In this document: positions 16,587 through 26,038 of the stretch, one piece after another
Position numbering within the stretch: the stretch's first letter is position 1
How the letters are laid out: each line of letters starts with the position of its first letter
Origin: a virus
Lineage: Duplodnaviria; Caudoviricetes
Virus record (IMG/VR): IMGVR_UViG_3300009678_000088
Span: 1-42,223 of that record
Length of the DNA stretch: 42,223 bases
Strand: one strand, 5' to 3'
The notes under the pieces: model-generated
Seen by the model: the letters and a program-made list of their open reading frames with translations, nothing else
Told to the model about the DNA's origin: nothing
Database searches by the model: none
Made by a program: the position numbers and the translations under genes

Positions 16587-16790
16587 GTGCCACTATCACA
16601 GGGAGAAGCAAACCAAGCAGCAACGGTAATACGTAAGCAGGTTGGTGAGCTAATTGATATTGCCGCACTGCTCGCACTCATCCCGCAGGGGAAGGCAGGC
16701 AGTAACTCAGCGGTGCTTGTGCGCTTGCAGAATACAATCAATTTGTTGCAGGGAACGGCAGCAAATATTATGAATGACGTGGAGGATTAA
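16587..16790 (+). CDS. hypothetical helical protein
   Basis: AAAGGA SD, GTG start. Confidence 0.6.
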   Translation: MPLSQGEANQAATVIRKQVGELIDIAALLALIPQGKAGSNSAVLVRLQNTINLLQGTAANIMNDVED

Positions 16791-16791
16791 C

Positions 16792-16887
16792 ATGCAGAAA
16801 TTTCTTACGAAAGAGAACCTAATCGCAGTAACTGCTCTTATTGCTGCGGTTTCCGGTGCTCTACTCGTTTTCCTAGAAGCCGTTTAA
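16792..16887 (+). CDS. 31-aa single-TM micropeptide
   Basis: GGAGG SD; LIAVTALIAAVSGALLVFL. Confidence 0.6.
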   Translation: MQKFLTKENLIAVTALIAAVSGALLVFLEAV

Positions 16888-17054
16888 TGAACGCACGTAG
16901 GTTTTCCTTCGACGTGCCGACGCATGTGCTTAAGTGTCAGCGCAAGAACAAACGACACGTCAAGAACTGTGTTGACCAGCAGGAGAAGCAGTATCTAACG
17001 CGATTTGGGTGGTACGTTAACCCAACTGGAGTAAAAAATGCCAAAGCCACATGA
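16887..17054 (+). CDS. small basic hypothetical protein (55 aa)
   Basis: TAATG coupling; own translation. Confidence 0.45.
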   Translation: MNARRFSFDVPTHVLKCQRKNKRHVKNCVDQQEKQYLTRFGWYVNPTGVKNAKAT

Positions 17055-17244
17055 GCATAAGCAGTGTAACCATACGGTTAAGTTCTGTTCCACATGCAAT
17101 GAGTGCTTTTGTATAAAGTGCAGCGAAGTATGGGGTAAACCAAGGCCATGTTACTTACAGCATACTCCGTATCTACCTTGGCGAAATCCACAATACCCGT
17201 GGATAACCTACACAACAAGCCATACTAACCATGTCACTGTTTAA
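17038..17244 (+). CDS. small Cys/His-rich protein
   Basis: GGAG SD; CNH..FCSTCNECFCIKC. Confidence 0.6.
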   Translation: MPKPHEHKQCNHTVKFCSTCNECFCIKCSEVWGKPRPCYLQHTPYLPWRNPQYPWITYTTSHTNHVTV

Positions 17245-17446
17245 GACTGTATGGTCACGGGTACACGGCTTCTTCGTCGGGCCACGGCTGTACGCTGGCC
17301 GGTATAGGCACGGAGACGGCTGGCATTTCCAGTTAGGTGGCACAGTCTATTGGGATTCGGCGCCGGGATTCCACTTCGATTGCCTCGGCATTGAGATAAG
17401 CATAATCAGGTGGACATTCTTTCTCCACTATCAGGATAATAACTGA
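17231..17446 (+). CDS. hypothetical aromatic-rich protein
   Basis: Overlaps its neighbours in the operon. Confidence 0.45.
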   Translation: MSLFKTVWSRVHGFFVGPRLYAGRYRHGDGWHFQLGGTVYWDSAPGFHFDCLGIEISIIRWTFFLHYQDNN

Positions 17447-17553
17447 TGGCCGGGGATTGGGAAGAAGAGACATGCGATTACTGTATGTGCCTTATGTCCG
17501 AGCACGACTGCACCGGCTGTCTTAATTGTCTCTGCCAAAATCCAGCTTGTTAA
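17446..17553 (+). CDS. 35-aa metallothionein-like Cys-rich peptide
   Basis: TGATG coupling; MAGDWEEETCDYCMCLMSEHDCTGCLNCLCQNPAC (8 Cys). Confidence 0.5.
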   Translation: MAGDWEEETCDYCMCLMSEHDCTGCLNCLCQNPAC

Positions 17554-17614
17554 CAAAACGTTTACAATCTTTTGTGAAATACCCCTTGACAAGCAGCTAC
17601 CGGTGTGGTATAAT
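17547..17614 (+). promoter_or_regulatory. consensus promoter with tandem TTGTNAA-N7-TTNACAA palindromes
   Basis: TTGACA(17586-17591)-17 bp-TATAAT(17609-17614), TGTGG; palindromes at 17547-17567 and 17572-17592. Confidence 0.75.
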
Positions 17615-17627
17615 ATAATAAAGGGCT

Positions 17628-17672
17628 AAAAAAAAAAGTCCCCCCTTCCTTAATTGGTCGGGGGGTTTTTTG
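17628..17672. terminator. bidirectional Rho-independent terminator between the convergent gene blocks
   Basis: A10 tract, CCCCCC...GGGGGG stem, T7 tract. Confidence 0.85.
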
Positions 17673-17689
17673 TTGCCTCTCGTCGCGCG

Positions 17690-18232
17690 TTAGTTAGGGG
17701 TAATTAGGTATCCCCACATGTGCGTTATTGTATTCTCTAGTCCCTCGTTACCACCACTGTTCTGGTAGACACGGCCTTCTATCGTATCACCTATACCTAG
17801 GCTTACGAGGCTGGATGGTGCAGCGCCGGGGATAGTAGTCACGGCTGCATATCGCTCGTCCCTACATATTAGGTCGGTTAGTGCAGTTCCAACCCCATTG
17901 AACACGGAAGTTAGTACCCGTGTTGCTATACCGCTGAACTCTGTCCAGTAAGCCGAAAGTCCTACATGCCAGAGTCCGGCTGTCCTTACGGTTACATAGG
18001 TACTAGTGGCCAGATTCCACATAGAGTCAGTATCAACGACCTTCGAGTCCCAAGGTATAGTCAAGATATTGCCGGAGGTAACTGTTTCCGTGTTATCTAG
18101 CTGCACAAGAAAGGCTGGTCGGCTTATCGTCGTGTCAATATCCTGTAGCCTAATGTTAGGGAACCTTGTTCGGCTTGCGGTAGCCTCTAGGTTATCTACT
18201 GCTTCACTTATCCGCGTACTCTTATCACCCAA
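17690..18232 (-). CDS. tail fibre/spike protein with C1q-like beta domain
   Basis: IPWDSKVVDTDSMW...VTVRTAGLWHV...LGIGDTIEGRVYQ C1q-like pattern; last late gene. Confidence 0.65.
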   Translation of the reverse strand: MGDKSTRISEAVDNLEATASRTRFPNIRLQDIDTTISRPAFLVQLDNTETVTSGNILTIPWDSKVVDTDSMWNLATSTYVTVRTAGLWHVGLSAYWTEFSGIATRVLTSVFNGVGTALTDLICRDERYAAVTTIPGAAPSSLVSLGIGDTIEGRVYQNSGGNEGLENTITHMWGYLITPN

Positions 18233-18235
18233 CTG

Positions 18236-19855
18236 CTAGCCCCACAATTCTATGCGCCTAATGCGTGGCGCTATACGACTAGCGGTACTTGTCGAGGCCC
18301 AGTTTATGTGTAGGATGCTCGTCTGTACACTACGCAGCCCCAGCTCACGTACATGGCGCCCGTTACCAATTATAGGAGCACCACAGTTAATGTCTGCGCC
18401 GCTGTCGTTTACGAAGGACAGTTGCCATTCATCCCCACTTACCATATTATCGGTGTATACTACCAAGTGACTAGGGTCTTTCGTGTCCGGCCAGAACTCT
18501 TCGCTGAGCCATGCATCACCGGAGGTAGTAATACGATGTGTATTTCCACCACTACGGAATGGACTACCAGTAGGGTCAAGAATCATATATGATAGGTGTG
18601 TGGTTCCCGGCTCTTCATCCGTGAACAGCACAATCGGGCTGTACCTAGTTGTTGATTCGGGGCGGCTAACTGTACTAACACCGACACCATGTGGGTAGAC
18701 ATAGAATTGATCACCCGTCGGACTCTTAAGGCTCAAGTCATTTATTACCTGCCAAGCAATGTCATTCGTTAGGTCATTGAAGTAGCCTACCATGAGGTAA
18801 GCAGTAGCGACTCCGGATACAGGCTGATAGATAGTGAATAGGTAGTCACCCACCGAAGCGACACCGTGATATATACCGAAGCTAAGTTCTGTTACTGCGG
18901 CTGGAACAATGTTTCCACCTGAACGCAGACGTGACTCTGGCCCGATATAAATAGGCTCATTCCCTACACGGTAGTAACGCAATCCACCCCGGTCAGGGTA
19001 TACGACACCGCCACGCCATGCGGCTGTAAAGATGTAGCTAAATGTAGAAGCAAAACGGTTGTAGTCATTGTTAACTACACCGATGCGGCCAGACTTGTTG
19101 AATGATAGAAGCCCATCCGTCGAGAGCATAAACAGGGAGTTATCCAGAGAGAACAGTGCTTTTATGTAGGAGAACTCGTTAGTTACATCTGCCGTAGGCA
19201 GGAATGAAGAACCCCAGTTAGCTTCCTGTAGTACATCTTCGCCCGGAACCGACATCCTAATCCTACCAAAGCGTGTGCATCTGACTAGCTGGTTGCCAGT
19301 AGGAATGAGCAGGTCACGCGTTCCGCCTGAGTCTACATCTCCCTCTGACCAAGTATCGCCGCCGCCAGAAGTACCTACTGTTGAAAGCCTTCGTATAATA
19401 GGGCTGGTGCCAATACCCTGAGGGTCACTGCCAATATGCCAGTCTCCAGCGTAGAAAGCTGGTTGTCCATAAGCAGAGTCGGCATCATTTTCTTGGATTA
19501 GAGTGCCGAAGGTAGCATTACGATAGTCCAGTTTTAAGACGTTACCATTGAATACCGTAGTTATGTCACGCATAACTGGATAACCATAGCTACCAAGGGT
19601 ATTGCTTACGTTACCACCACCCGAAGTCTGCACATCAAAGTAGTAACCCATTACTAGATTACTGGCGCTAGTAGCAGCGGAAATATTCATACTATACTTA
19701 TGCATGGCGGGACGAAGTTCGCCTCGGCCACCAAGAATGCCTATAGCATTATACATTCCGGGTCTATTCTCGTCAGCAGTAGAGTAGCCAATACCGGCCG
19801 ACCAGTCATTCCAGACGCGAATAAGTTCACCGGCGCCTTCTGTTTTTTTACGCAT
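18236..19855 (-). CDS. putative tail nozzle/tubular protein (beta-propeller-like)
   Basis: 539 aa, beta-rich; follows the adaptor gene; WNDWSAGIG N-terminal motif. Confidence 0.55.
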   Translation of the reverse strand: MRKKTEGAGELIRVWNDWSAGIGYSTADENRPGMYNAIGILGGRGELRPAMHKYSMNISAATSASNLVMGYYFDVQTSGGGNVSNTLGSYGYPVMRDITTVFNGNVLKLDYRNATFGTLIQENDADSAYGQPAFYAGDWHIGSDPQGIGTSPIIRRLSTVGTSGGGDTWSEGDVDSGGTRDLLIPTGNQLVRCTRFGRIRMSVPGEDVLQEANWGSSFLPTADVTNEFSYIKALFSLDNSLFMLSTDGLLSFNKSGRIGVVNNDYNRFASTFSYIFTAAWRGGVVYPDRGGLRYYRVGNEPIYIGPESRLRSGGNIVPAAVTELSFGIYHGVASVGDYLFTIYQPVSGVATAYLMVGYFNDLTNDIAWQVINDLSLKSPTGDQFYVYPHGVGVSTVSRPESTTRYSPIVLFTDEEPGTTHLSYMILDPTGSPFRSGGNTHRITTSGDAWLSEEFWPDTKDPSHLVVYTDNMVSGDEWQLSFVNDSGADINCGAPIIGNGRHVRELGLRSVQTSILHINWASTSTASRIAPRIRRIELWG

Positions 19856-21162
19856 TAACGATTAGCTCCTACTACCTTCCCTGTCAGTGGTGAGAATTCA
19901 ATCATCCGTGGGAGTAGTTTGCGCCGTACCTGTGCAGCCCTGTTGATGGCCGAAATTGCACGTACTTGGTCACCGTTTTCTTCGTACATCTGTGCCGTTT
20001 CATCTAGCAGAGAGGCATAAACGAGGTCAGTCACAATGTCCTTCGGTGCTGTAGTCGTAGTAGTGTCGTCGGACAATGTTGCGAAGTCCACTCGGCCCTT
20101 AACAAAGAGCGGGTTTCTAATGGTATAGTTCTCAGGGAGGACAATCTTGTACTGGTCTAAGGCCGTGTCGTCACGAATGAACTTGACTCCCGGCACGGGA
20201 ACCAGAGCCTGCTCGTTCACCTTGTATGCGTACTCGCTACTACCTACGGAGATTCCAGTCCCCGGTGGTAGTTCGTATACGGCCGACAAGTCCTCGTGGT
20301 ACTCCAATGTAGCAGGGTACTCAAAGATTTTCTGGTCTATTGGCAGCACAATAGCTGCTGTCCAGTTAGACTCGGTGCCGCTCGTCACGGTAATTAGCCG
20401 GACGGTGACCGACTCACAAGTCGGAGGTGTAGTAAAGATTCCCTGTAGCTGAGTGTATCCACCGAAGTTAGTAATCAGGGAGTCAATCTCCGCTGAGTTG
20501 GTCATGTCTCGGAACTGTAGCTGTGCCTCGAACGTCGATGCAGCATTACCATAAACGATTCCTGCAACGAGAACCTGTGTGTTCGGTGGTATGTCTAGAC
20601 TAGGGTTACCTTGTGCGTAGCCGTTGCCTGCAGTTGCGATTACACTAAGGGAGCGACGTCCCCACTGTGCATTACCGGCCTCGTTAGCTAGTGTAGCATT
20701 CGAGGAGCTAAAGCTCGTAGCCGGTGCGGACTCCATATCCCCATCGTTTACCAGCGTAAGTGGAACCAAGACCGGCCGCTTTAGGTTCTCCATAATCATG
20801 GCGATACGGTCTTCAACCATCGTAGGATGGAACTGATAGTGTACTTCACCTTCGGCTGAGCCGGAGTCTGGCGCTGCGGAGAATGCAGGGGCTACAATAA
20901 GGTAGCTGCTGCTGCCAGAGAACTCCGTGTTAGTCACGCGCGCAACCTCACCTACTGCAGGGTCACCCGAACCTTGTGTTGAGATACGTATCCATGCCCG
21001 GATAAAGTCTTCTGACTGTCCGGCAGGGGCAAATACAGTGTTTACAATATTTGTGGTTGTGCTTGTTGCAGCAGGCGTGAAGATAATTGGATAGCGCCCA
21101 CTATACAGGCGCTTAATAATACCCTGTCGTAGTTCTTTTCTGGTTGTAGTAGGTGCTGCCAT
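19855..21162 (-). CDS. putative head-tail adaptor/tail tubular protein with carbohydrate-binding-like insertion
   Basis: N-terminal TRKELRQ helix, C-terminal helical YASLL segment, internal LVNDGDME CBM-like region. Confidence 0.55.
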   Translation of the reverse strand: MAAPTTTRKELRQGIIKRLYSGRYPIIFTPAATSTTTNIVNTVFAPAGQSEDFIRAWIRISTQGSGDPAVGEVARVTNTEFSGSSSYLIVAPAFSAAPDSGSAEGEVHYQFHPTMVEDRIAMIMENLKRPVLVPLTLVNDGDMESAPATSFSSSNATLANEAGNAQWGRRSLSVIATAGNGYAQGNPSLDIPPNTQVLVAGIVYGNAASTFEAQLQFRDMTNSAEIDSLITNFGGYTQLQGIFTTPPTCESVTVRLITVTSGTESNWTAAIVLPIDQKIFEYPATLEYHEDLSAVYELPPGTGISVGSSEYAYKVNEQALVPVPGVKFIRDDTALDQYKIVLPENYTIRNPLFVKGRVDFATLSDDTTTTTAPKDIVTDLVYASLLDETAQMYEENGDQVRAISAINRAAQVRRKLLPRMIEFSPLTGKVVGANR

Positions 21163-21169
21163 TTATCTC

Positions 21170-22021
21170 CTATGCTGCTAGTCGGGCTGCAAGCTGGTTA
21201 GCAACCTTCACCGCGATAGAATCACCAACCTTAGATGAAACCGCATCGGCAATTTGCGTAAGCTGTGTAGCTGTAAGTGTTGGAGCCGGGGCACTCCTTT
21301 TAATAACTGACTCTAGGTCTTCGATAACGTCCATCTCCGCCTGATAACAGTTTTCTGCCGCAGTCTGCTTAGCAGCACGAAGCATCATCCCAACTTCCAT
21401 CACATCATTAATGTGTCTCTTATACCCTGCACCTACAGAGTAGTAGTTAGATGTCCTTCCGGCGTCGATGGTCTTGAATACTCTCATATAGTTATCCTCC
21501 TCTGGTATTACTGGTGTAGTTGAAGTAGCTGCCAGTACCATTGTCCACGGGATTCTTCCCGATGGGCATGATGTTCCTGAAATCCAGCCGTGCTCCCAAT
21601 GCGAGGAACGCAGAGCTGGCTGTTTTATTGTTGGTAGCACCGAGTAACACCAGCGTTGTACTGCCACTGATGCGTTGAACTGTGCTGTCGTTAGCGGTTC
21701 ACCGACACGGCCTTCGTGCTCGATACCAATGAGTGCTACGTTTCCTATTGCGGCCGATAGCGGGTTACTGTCTCCCGGCCCTCCACAGTGCCATGCTACA
21801 GCGCGTGGGTCATAATGCTGGTACACTCGACCGTCCTTGTTGACAGAGAAGTGCCAGCTAGCTTGTCGTGTGGGATTGAACATCTCGCCGTAAGCAGACG
21901 AGTAGCTGCCTTCCATCGAGTGCAGGACAAAGCCTTCCTTGTTCTGCGGTGAGGGGTAGGCGCCGTAACCTTGTCGGTCAGCAGGGCCGGGAGCTTGAAT
22001 TGCGCCGGGATACTGCAACAC
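21170..22021 (-). CDS. endolysin, N-acetylmuramoyl-L-alanine amidase (Amidase_2)
   Basis: FVLHSMEG, ASWHFSV, AWHCG, IGIEHEG, H...TSCPS Zn ligands. Confidence 0.9.
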   Translation of the reverse strand: MLQYPGAIQAPGPADRQGYGAYPSPQNKEGFVLHSMEGSYSSAYGEMFNPTRQASWHFSVNKDGRVYQHYDPRAVAWHCGGPGDSNPLSAAIGNVALIGIEHEGRVGEPLTTAQFNASVAVQRWCYSVLPTIKQPALRSSHWEHGWISGTSCPSGRIPWTMVLAATSTTPVIPEEDNYMRVFKTIDAGRTSNYYSVGAGYKRHINDVMEVGMMLRAAKQTAAENCYQAEMDVIEDLESVIKRSAPAPTLTATQLTQIADAVSSKVGDSIAVKVANQLAARLAA

Positions 22022-22048
22022 TAGTATGGCTTACCTTTCTTCTTTTTC

Positions 22049-22258
22049 TTAGTCATTGTTACCACCAAACTTTCCCTGCAACCAGCCGAAGAACTCTCGC
22101 TGCATTGCAGTGTTCTCTTGTGTTGCATCTCTAAGATGGTTAATAGCGTCTCTTACATCATGCATATGATTGCTAGAGAGCTTGTACATGTAAAATATAG
22201 CTAGTGATGCCAGCGGCACCCCGGCCAGAGCGGTTACTGTTTCAGGCGCTGGAAACAT
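22049..22258 (-). CDS. putative holin
   Basis: One N-terminal TM (ALAGVPLASLAIFYMY) plus a coiled segment; immediately upstream of the endolysin. Confidence 0.65.
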   Translation of the reverse strand: MFPAPETVTALAGVPLASLAIFYMYKLSSNHMHDVRDAINHLRDATQENTAMQREFFGWLQGKFGGNND

Positions 22259-22268
22259 TAGTTCCTTC

Positions 22269-22547
22269 CTATGGCACGGGCCAAGTATTCGTATTGTAAT
22301 CAGCGCGAACCACTGGCTCTGCGGCTACCTGTGCTGCTGTGTGGGTGTTGCGGTCTAGCTGAACCACATGTTCTCGTATCTCTGAACGTACTATCATTAC
22401 TAGATGTGCGAGCAGATTGTTAGCCGTCTCGGCGTTCGTCGCTCCACCATACTTTAGACGAATGGCGGGAATAGCCGAGTCCGGTATTGATACTGCATCA
22501 CCGATGAAGTTGCTGTTGTTGTTAGGTATAATAACCAATCTTGCCAT
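22269..22547 (-). CDS. hypothetical protein (possible fibre chaperone)
   Basis: TAATG-coupled to the fibre gene. Confidence 0.6.
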   Translation of the reverse strand: MARLVIIPNNNSNFIGDAVSIPDSAIPAIRLKYGGATNAETANNLLAHLVMIVRSEIREHVVQLDRNTHTAAQVAAEPVVRADYNTNTWPVP

Positions 22548-23860
22548 TATTGAATCTCACTTCTCATATCGAGCACTCGACGAGTAGTCGTTGTCGTATT
22601 CGTCTCGCGCATAGTAGGGTTTCCTCCGAAGGTGTCTGACCACTCTACACCGTAGCATACCTCTGCGACGGCCTGTGTGCAGCGAACGGTAGCAGTACCA
22701 CTAAGCACACCTACAATTACACCAAACTCAATAGCCCCAATGGTTGCACTTGTCCAAGGAGAACCAGAGTCACCTCCTATTCCTACACCTACATCAACAT
22801 TAATTCCCGAAGATGGGAGACGCGGGTGTAGCCACCAAACGTAGACGTAGGAGTTAGAAGCTACAACACTAAGACCAGAGCCATTATCATTCGTTCCCCC
22901 CTCCCGTATATAACACTGGATTAGCCTATTGCCTGTTCCACTTGACCGCTTCATTCTACCCCATATATTAACAGCAAAGAACTCTTCCGCCCCCGCTGTT
23001 GGGTCTGCCCATGTGCTGTCTGTACAGGTTTCAGTTGCGTTTCCCGTTGCACTTATATAAGAAGTGTCGTCGTCCGGGGCTGCATCGTTGTAGTCGTCAT
23101 AGTCTCCACCGCCACCTCCGCCGCCGTTACCCGTCCAGCCAGTGTCAGTACCATTGGCATTACCGCGCATAACCTTATGCTTTACCGTGTTCGGTGCAAA
23201 GACGCCGCCGAGTACGACCGCTATATCATCTACTTGGTATTCAAGTGCATCATTGAGAGAGGCTGAACCACTCTTACATATTGCCCCAAAACCAAAACCA
23301 CTTATGTTAGAGACAGGCACACTATGCGCCACCGAAACAACAGGGGAACGTTCTAGTTCTGTTCCGCTGCTGTTACGTACAACTAACATGGTTTGCCACT
23401 GAGAGCGTTCTATCCACATGATAGTCTGAAAGTAGTACCATGTATTGTCCGCGAGTGTTGTAGTGCCTGTCCACGCTGCGACATTATTATGTTGAAGAAT
23501 ATGTGGCTTAGTATTACCACTACCATCGGAGTAGATACCAAACGCCTCTCCTAGGTGTGTGCCACCGAAAATGTAGGATAGCGTCATAATTCCAATACCC
23601 CCATTATTAACAGGAGGAGTCACCACACGTAATGCAAAGGTCATAGCACGGCATGGGATGTTCGGTAGGGCCAGCAGCCCCCGGCAATGGAATTGGTTAT
23701 CCCCCGCCGCCTTCGAGAACTTCATGGATGCGGCGCCGGAATTGAAGTTTGTAGTGTCTATTGTAAAGTTGGCAGCAGTACCGGTAAGTGTTCGTAGCTG
23801 CTCAACAGACTGCGCCTCGAAGCCGCAAGAGAAATATAAGGAACCGTTAGACCAACCCAT
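22547..23860 (-). CDS. receptor-binding/tail fibre protein (lectin/LamG-like plus second beta-sandwich domain)
   Basis: GFE..., DNTWYY, YQVDDIAV ConA-like pattern; Gly-rich; ATG at 23860 overlaps the upstream TAA. Confidence 0.65.
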   Translation of the reverse strand: MGWSNGSLYFSCGFEAQSVEQLRTLTGTAANFTIDTTNFNSGAASMKFSKAAGDNQFHCRGLLALPNIPCRAMTFALRVVTPPVNNGGIGIMTLSYIFGGTHLGEAFGIYSDGSGNTKPHILQHNNVAAWTGTTTLADNTWYYFQTIMWIERSQWQTMLVVRNSSGTELERSPVVSVAHSVPVSNISGFGFGAICKSGSASLNDALEYQVDDIAVVLGGVFAPNTVKHKVMRGNANGTDTGWTGNGGGGGGGDYDDYNDAAPDDDTSYISATGNATETCTDSTWADPTAGAEEFFAVNIWGRMKRSSGTGNRLIQCYIREGGTNDNGSGLSVVASNSYVYVWWLHPRLPSSGINVDVGVGIGGDSGSPWTSATIGAIEFGVIVGVLSGTATVRCTQAVAEVCYGVEWSDTFGGNPTMRETNTTTTTRRVLDMRSEIQ

Positions 23861-24732
23861 TAGAATATGCTGGCCCAAATACGTAAACCCTCATTAGTAT
23901 GAGAAGCAGACTCGTCGCCATCCTGTGCGTTTGTGTCGTGTCTTACCGATAGAACATCTGCGTTTGTGTCGTTCATGTCGAATGCCGCAACTGTTGTAGT
24001 CCAGTATGGTAGGGAACTGGTTCCAGAAGTAGTGCAAGTCACAGCACCAACGGATATACCATTCTTAAAGAACGTGAATGAGTGTGGTACCGAAGGCAGT
24101 ATACCAAAATCGATTCGCAGCGTAGTATAGTTAGCACCTACCTGCTTAGGGAAAGGAACTACGCACTTGTCTGACCCCTGCGCTAGGTCAACCAACTCTT
24201 GCTGTAGCCACGGGGTTTCCCATGCAGCAGTAGTACCGGTGGAAATCCATGCCTGTCCGTCAGTACCAATTGCTACACGGCCACCAGTGTTGGCGCCTGT
24301 GCCTACGAGCATATCACCTGCGGCATCCCACAGTGTATCGTGTGCTATATGCGCTGCCTCGTGTGCATGTACGTGGTCACTCCGGGCTACAGTTAGCGCG
24401 ATGCCATCCGACTCCGCCGTCGCAATGTCGAGTGGGTAACCTGCGGCGCCATATGATAGGTCTACCTCAGTCTGGTCACCACCTGCATCATCGGCTAGGA
24501 CGAAACCGTCTTGGAACGACAGCTTAGTGCGGGTTGCCATGTCCGCGTTGTCATCCTGAATCGTATGCCCACCACCGCTGGCGTGTGAGTGTAACGCAGT
24601 AGCGCCGCCATCCGTAAGGTCGATGTAGTTAGCATCGGTTGTCTTAACATGGACAGCAGCGTCTGAGTGCGAGCTATCGCTGTGTGTGGCCGGGGCCGCT
24701 AAGTAGCTAGGAAGTCTTCCGAGTGCTACCAA
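23860..24732 (-). CDS. tail fibre protein
   Basis: HxH repeats (LHSH, ARSDHVHAH); GDMLVGTG..GRVAIGTDGQ fibre-shaft motif. Confidence 0.7.
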   Translation of the reverse strand: MVALGRLPSYLAAPATHSDSSHSDAAVHVKTTDANYIDLTDGGATALHSHASGGGHTIQDDNADMATRTKLSFQDGFVLADDAGGDQTEVDLSYGAAGYPLDIATAESDGIALTVARSDHVHAHEAAHIAHDTLWDAAGDMLVGTGANTGGRVAIGTDGQAWISTGTTAAWETPWLQQELVDLAQGSDKCVVPFPKQVGANYTTLRIDFGILPSVPHSFTFFKNGISVGAVTCTTSGTSSLPYWTTTVAAFDMNDTNADVLSVRHDTNAQDGDESASHTNEGLRIWASIF

Positions 24733-24958
24733 GTTCTGCCTCTAGCTCTCGTATACGCCACTTCAAGTCATTGTTCTCATTCCTCAGCGAGTCTTCGGTC
24801 AGTGCTACGCGTGTAACTGCAAGCTCATTGGCTTTGCCGAGTCGCTTGCGCTGGAACCAGCCGAGTGGGCCACGAGCACGTAGCCTTTGTACAACGCGCG
24901 CCTGCTCGTCCACTAGATTCTCTAGGTGACGTATCTGAATGTAACAGTCTTCGTGCAT
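24707..24958 (-). CDS. small coiled-coil protein
   Basis: TAATG coupling; heptad pattern. Confidence 0.55.
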   Translation of the reverse strand: MHEDCYIQIRHLENLVDEQARVVQRLRARGPLGWFQRKRLGKANELAVTRVALTEDSLRNENNDLKWRIRELEAELGSTRKTS

Positions 24959-25269
24959 TAGCCAATCTTCGGAGCAGCGACAATCCTATATGAACTGTCG
25001 GTGCCTGTGTGTGTGATACGAATTTGTCCTACACGAGAGCCGCCGAGGGTAATAACCTCACCTGCCTTTATCGTAAACTGGTCACCAAAAAGGTTAGGGT
25101 ATTGAGCTACCTCGACCAATAGGTTTCCAGTCCCGTCACAAGCGATGTAGCCCTCGACGAGCGGGAACTCATGTAGAGTATCTGTATAAATTGTGATGGT
25201 TACCGGCGAGTCACCCGAAACAAAGTTCGTGTCCTCTTGCTTGAACCAGCCATTCTGTCCTATAGCCAT
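24958..25269 (-). CDS. virion structural/decoration-like protein
   Basis: Small beta-rich protein, coupled within the structural operon. Confidence 0.55.
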   Translation of the reverse strand: MAIGQNGWFKQEDTNFVSGDSPVTITIYTDTLHEFPLVEGYIACDGTGNLLVEVAQYPNLFGDQFTIKAGEVITLGGSRVGQIRITHTGTDSSYRIVAAPKIG

Positions 25270-25727
25270 TAGCTAATAGTTGCGCCGTCTGTGACGGGTG
25301 TGTACCAAACGTCGAAGACAACAACACCAGCGGTTACGGCCGCAGTTGCTACAGTCACGTTGATGGTGGTGCCATTGGCAACCTTGTTTATCTGTTGTGT
25401 AGTAGCGCCACCAGTAGCTGCCTGTCCTAAGCTAAGCAATGTACCGGGAGCACCGCTAGCCCACATCATACCGGAGTCAATGCTAGTAGCAGTTGAAGCT
25501 ACAATAAAGCCGTCAACGTCTGAGGCATCTCCGAGTGTGATTATTCCACCACCCGCGCTCTCAAGGCTAGTAGTACAGCGAGCCGTTAGCTTGTCTATAT
25601 GAACAGCACCCGTGACTGTGTATACAGCCACTGTGCCTACTGCACCCTGTCCAGCGACGTCAGCGAATGTAATAGTTTTGCGGACACGCACTGGAACGGA
25701 GCCATTTCCTCGTGTAATCTGTGTCAT
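25269..25727 (-). CDS. virion structural (cement/decoration-like) protein
   Basis: Gly/Ala/Thr-rich; ITLGDASDVDGFI...AGVVVFDVWY pattern. Confidence 0.55.
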   Translation of the reverse strand: MTQITRGNGSVPVRVRKTITFADVAGQGAVGTVAVYTVTGAVHIDKLTARCTTSLESAGGGIITLGDASDVDGFIVASTATSIDSGMMWASGAPGTLLSLGQAATGGATTQQINKVANGTTINVTVATAAVTAGVVVFDVWYTPVTDGATIS

Positions 25728-25729
25728 GC

Positions 25730-26038
25730 CTAGCTCCCGTAACTTACTTGAATAGTGGCCGAAATACCATCGCGCCGAATTACCTTGAAGCCATCCATCT
25801 GCTCTTGACTAGTAAGCGTGAGTATGTCTCCCGGTTCTAGTACATGTCCCACCGTGGCTGTAGGGTTAGTGCCGTCGAGACGGAAGCGGACGGCCGCGGT
25901 CTCCACAGTAATTAGTATCCATACTGCTGCGTTGGCCGGTATGGTAGCTACAGTCTGTGGAAGTCCGAGGGCCGTATCTGCTACGGTAATTGTTTCAAAT
26001 GCATGATACGCCGTAGGCGTAAAGCTCATTAATGCCAT
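25730..26038 (-). CDS. virion structural protein
   Basis: VRFRLDGTNPTATVGH motif; structural context. Confidence 0.55.
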   Translation of the reverse strand: MALMSFTPTAYHAFETITVADTALGLPQTVATIPANAAVWILITVETAAVRFRLDGTNPTATVGHVLEPGDILTLTSQEQMDGFKVIRRDGISATIQVSYGS

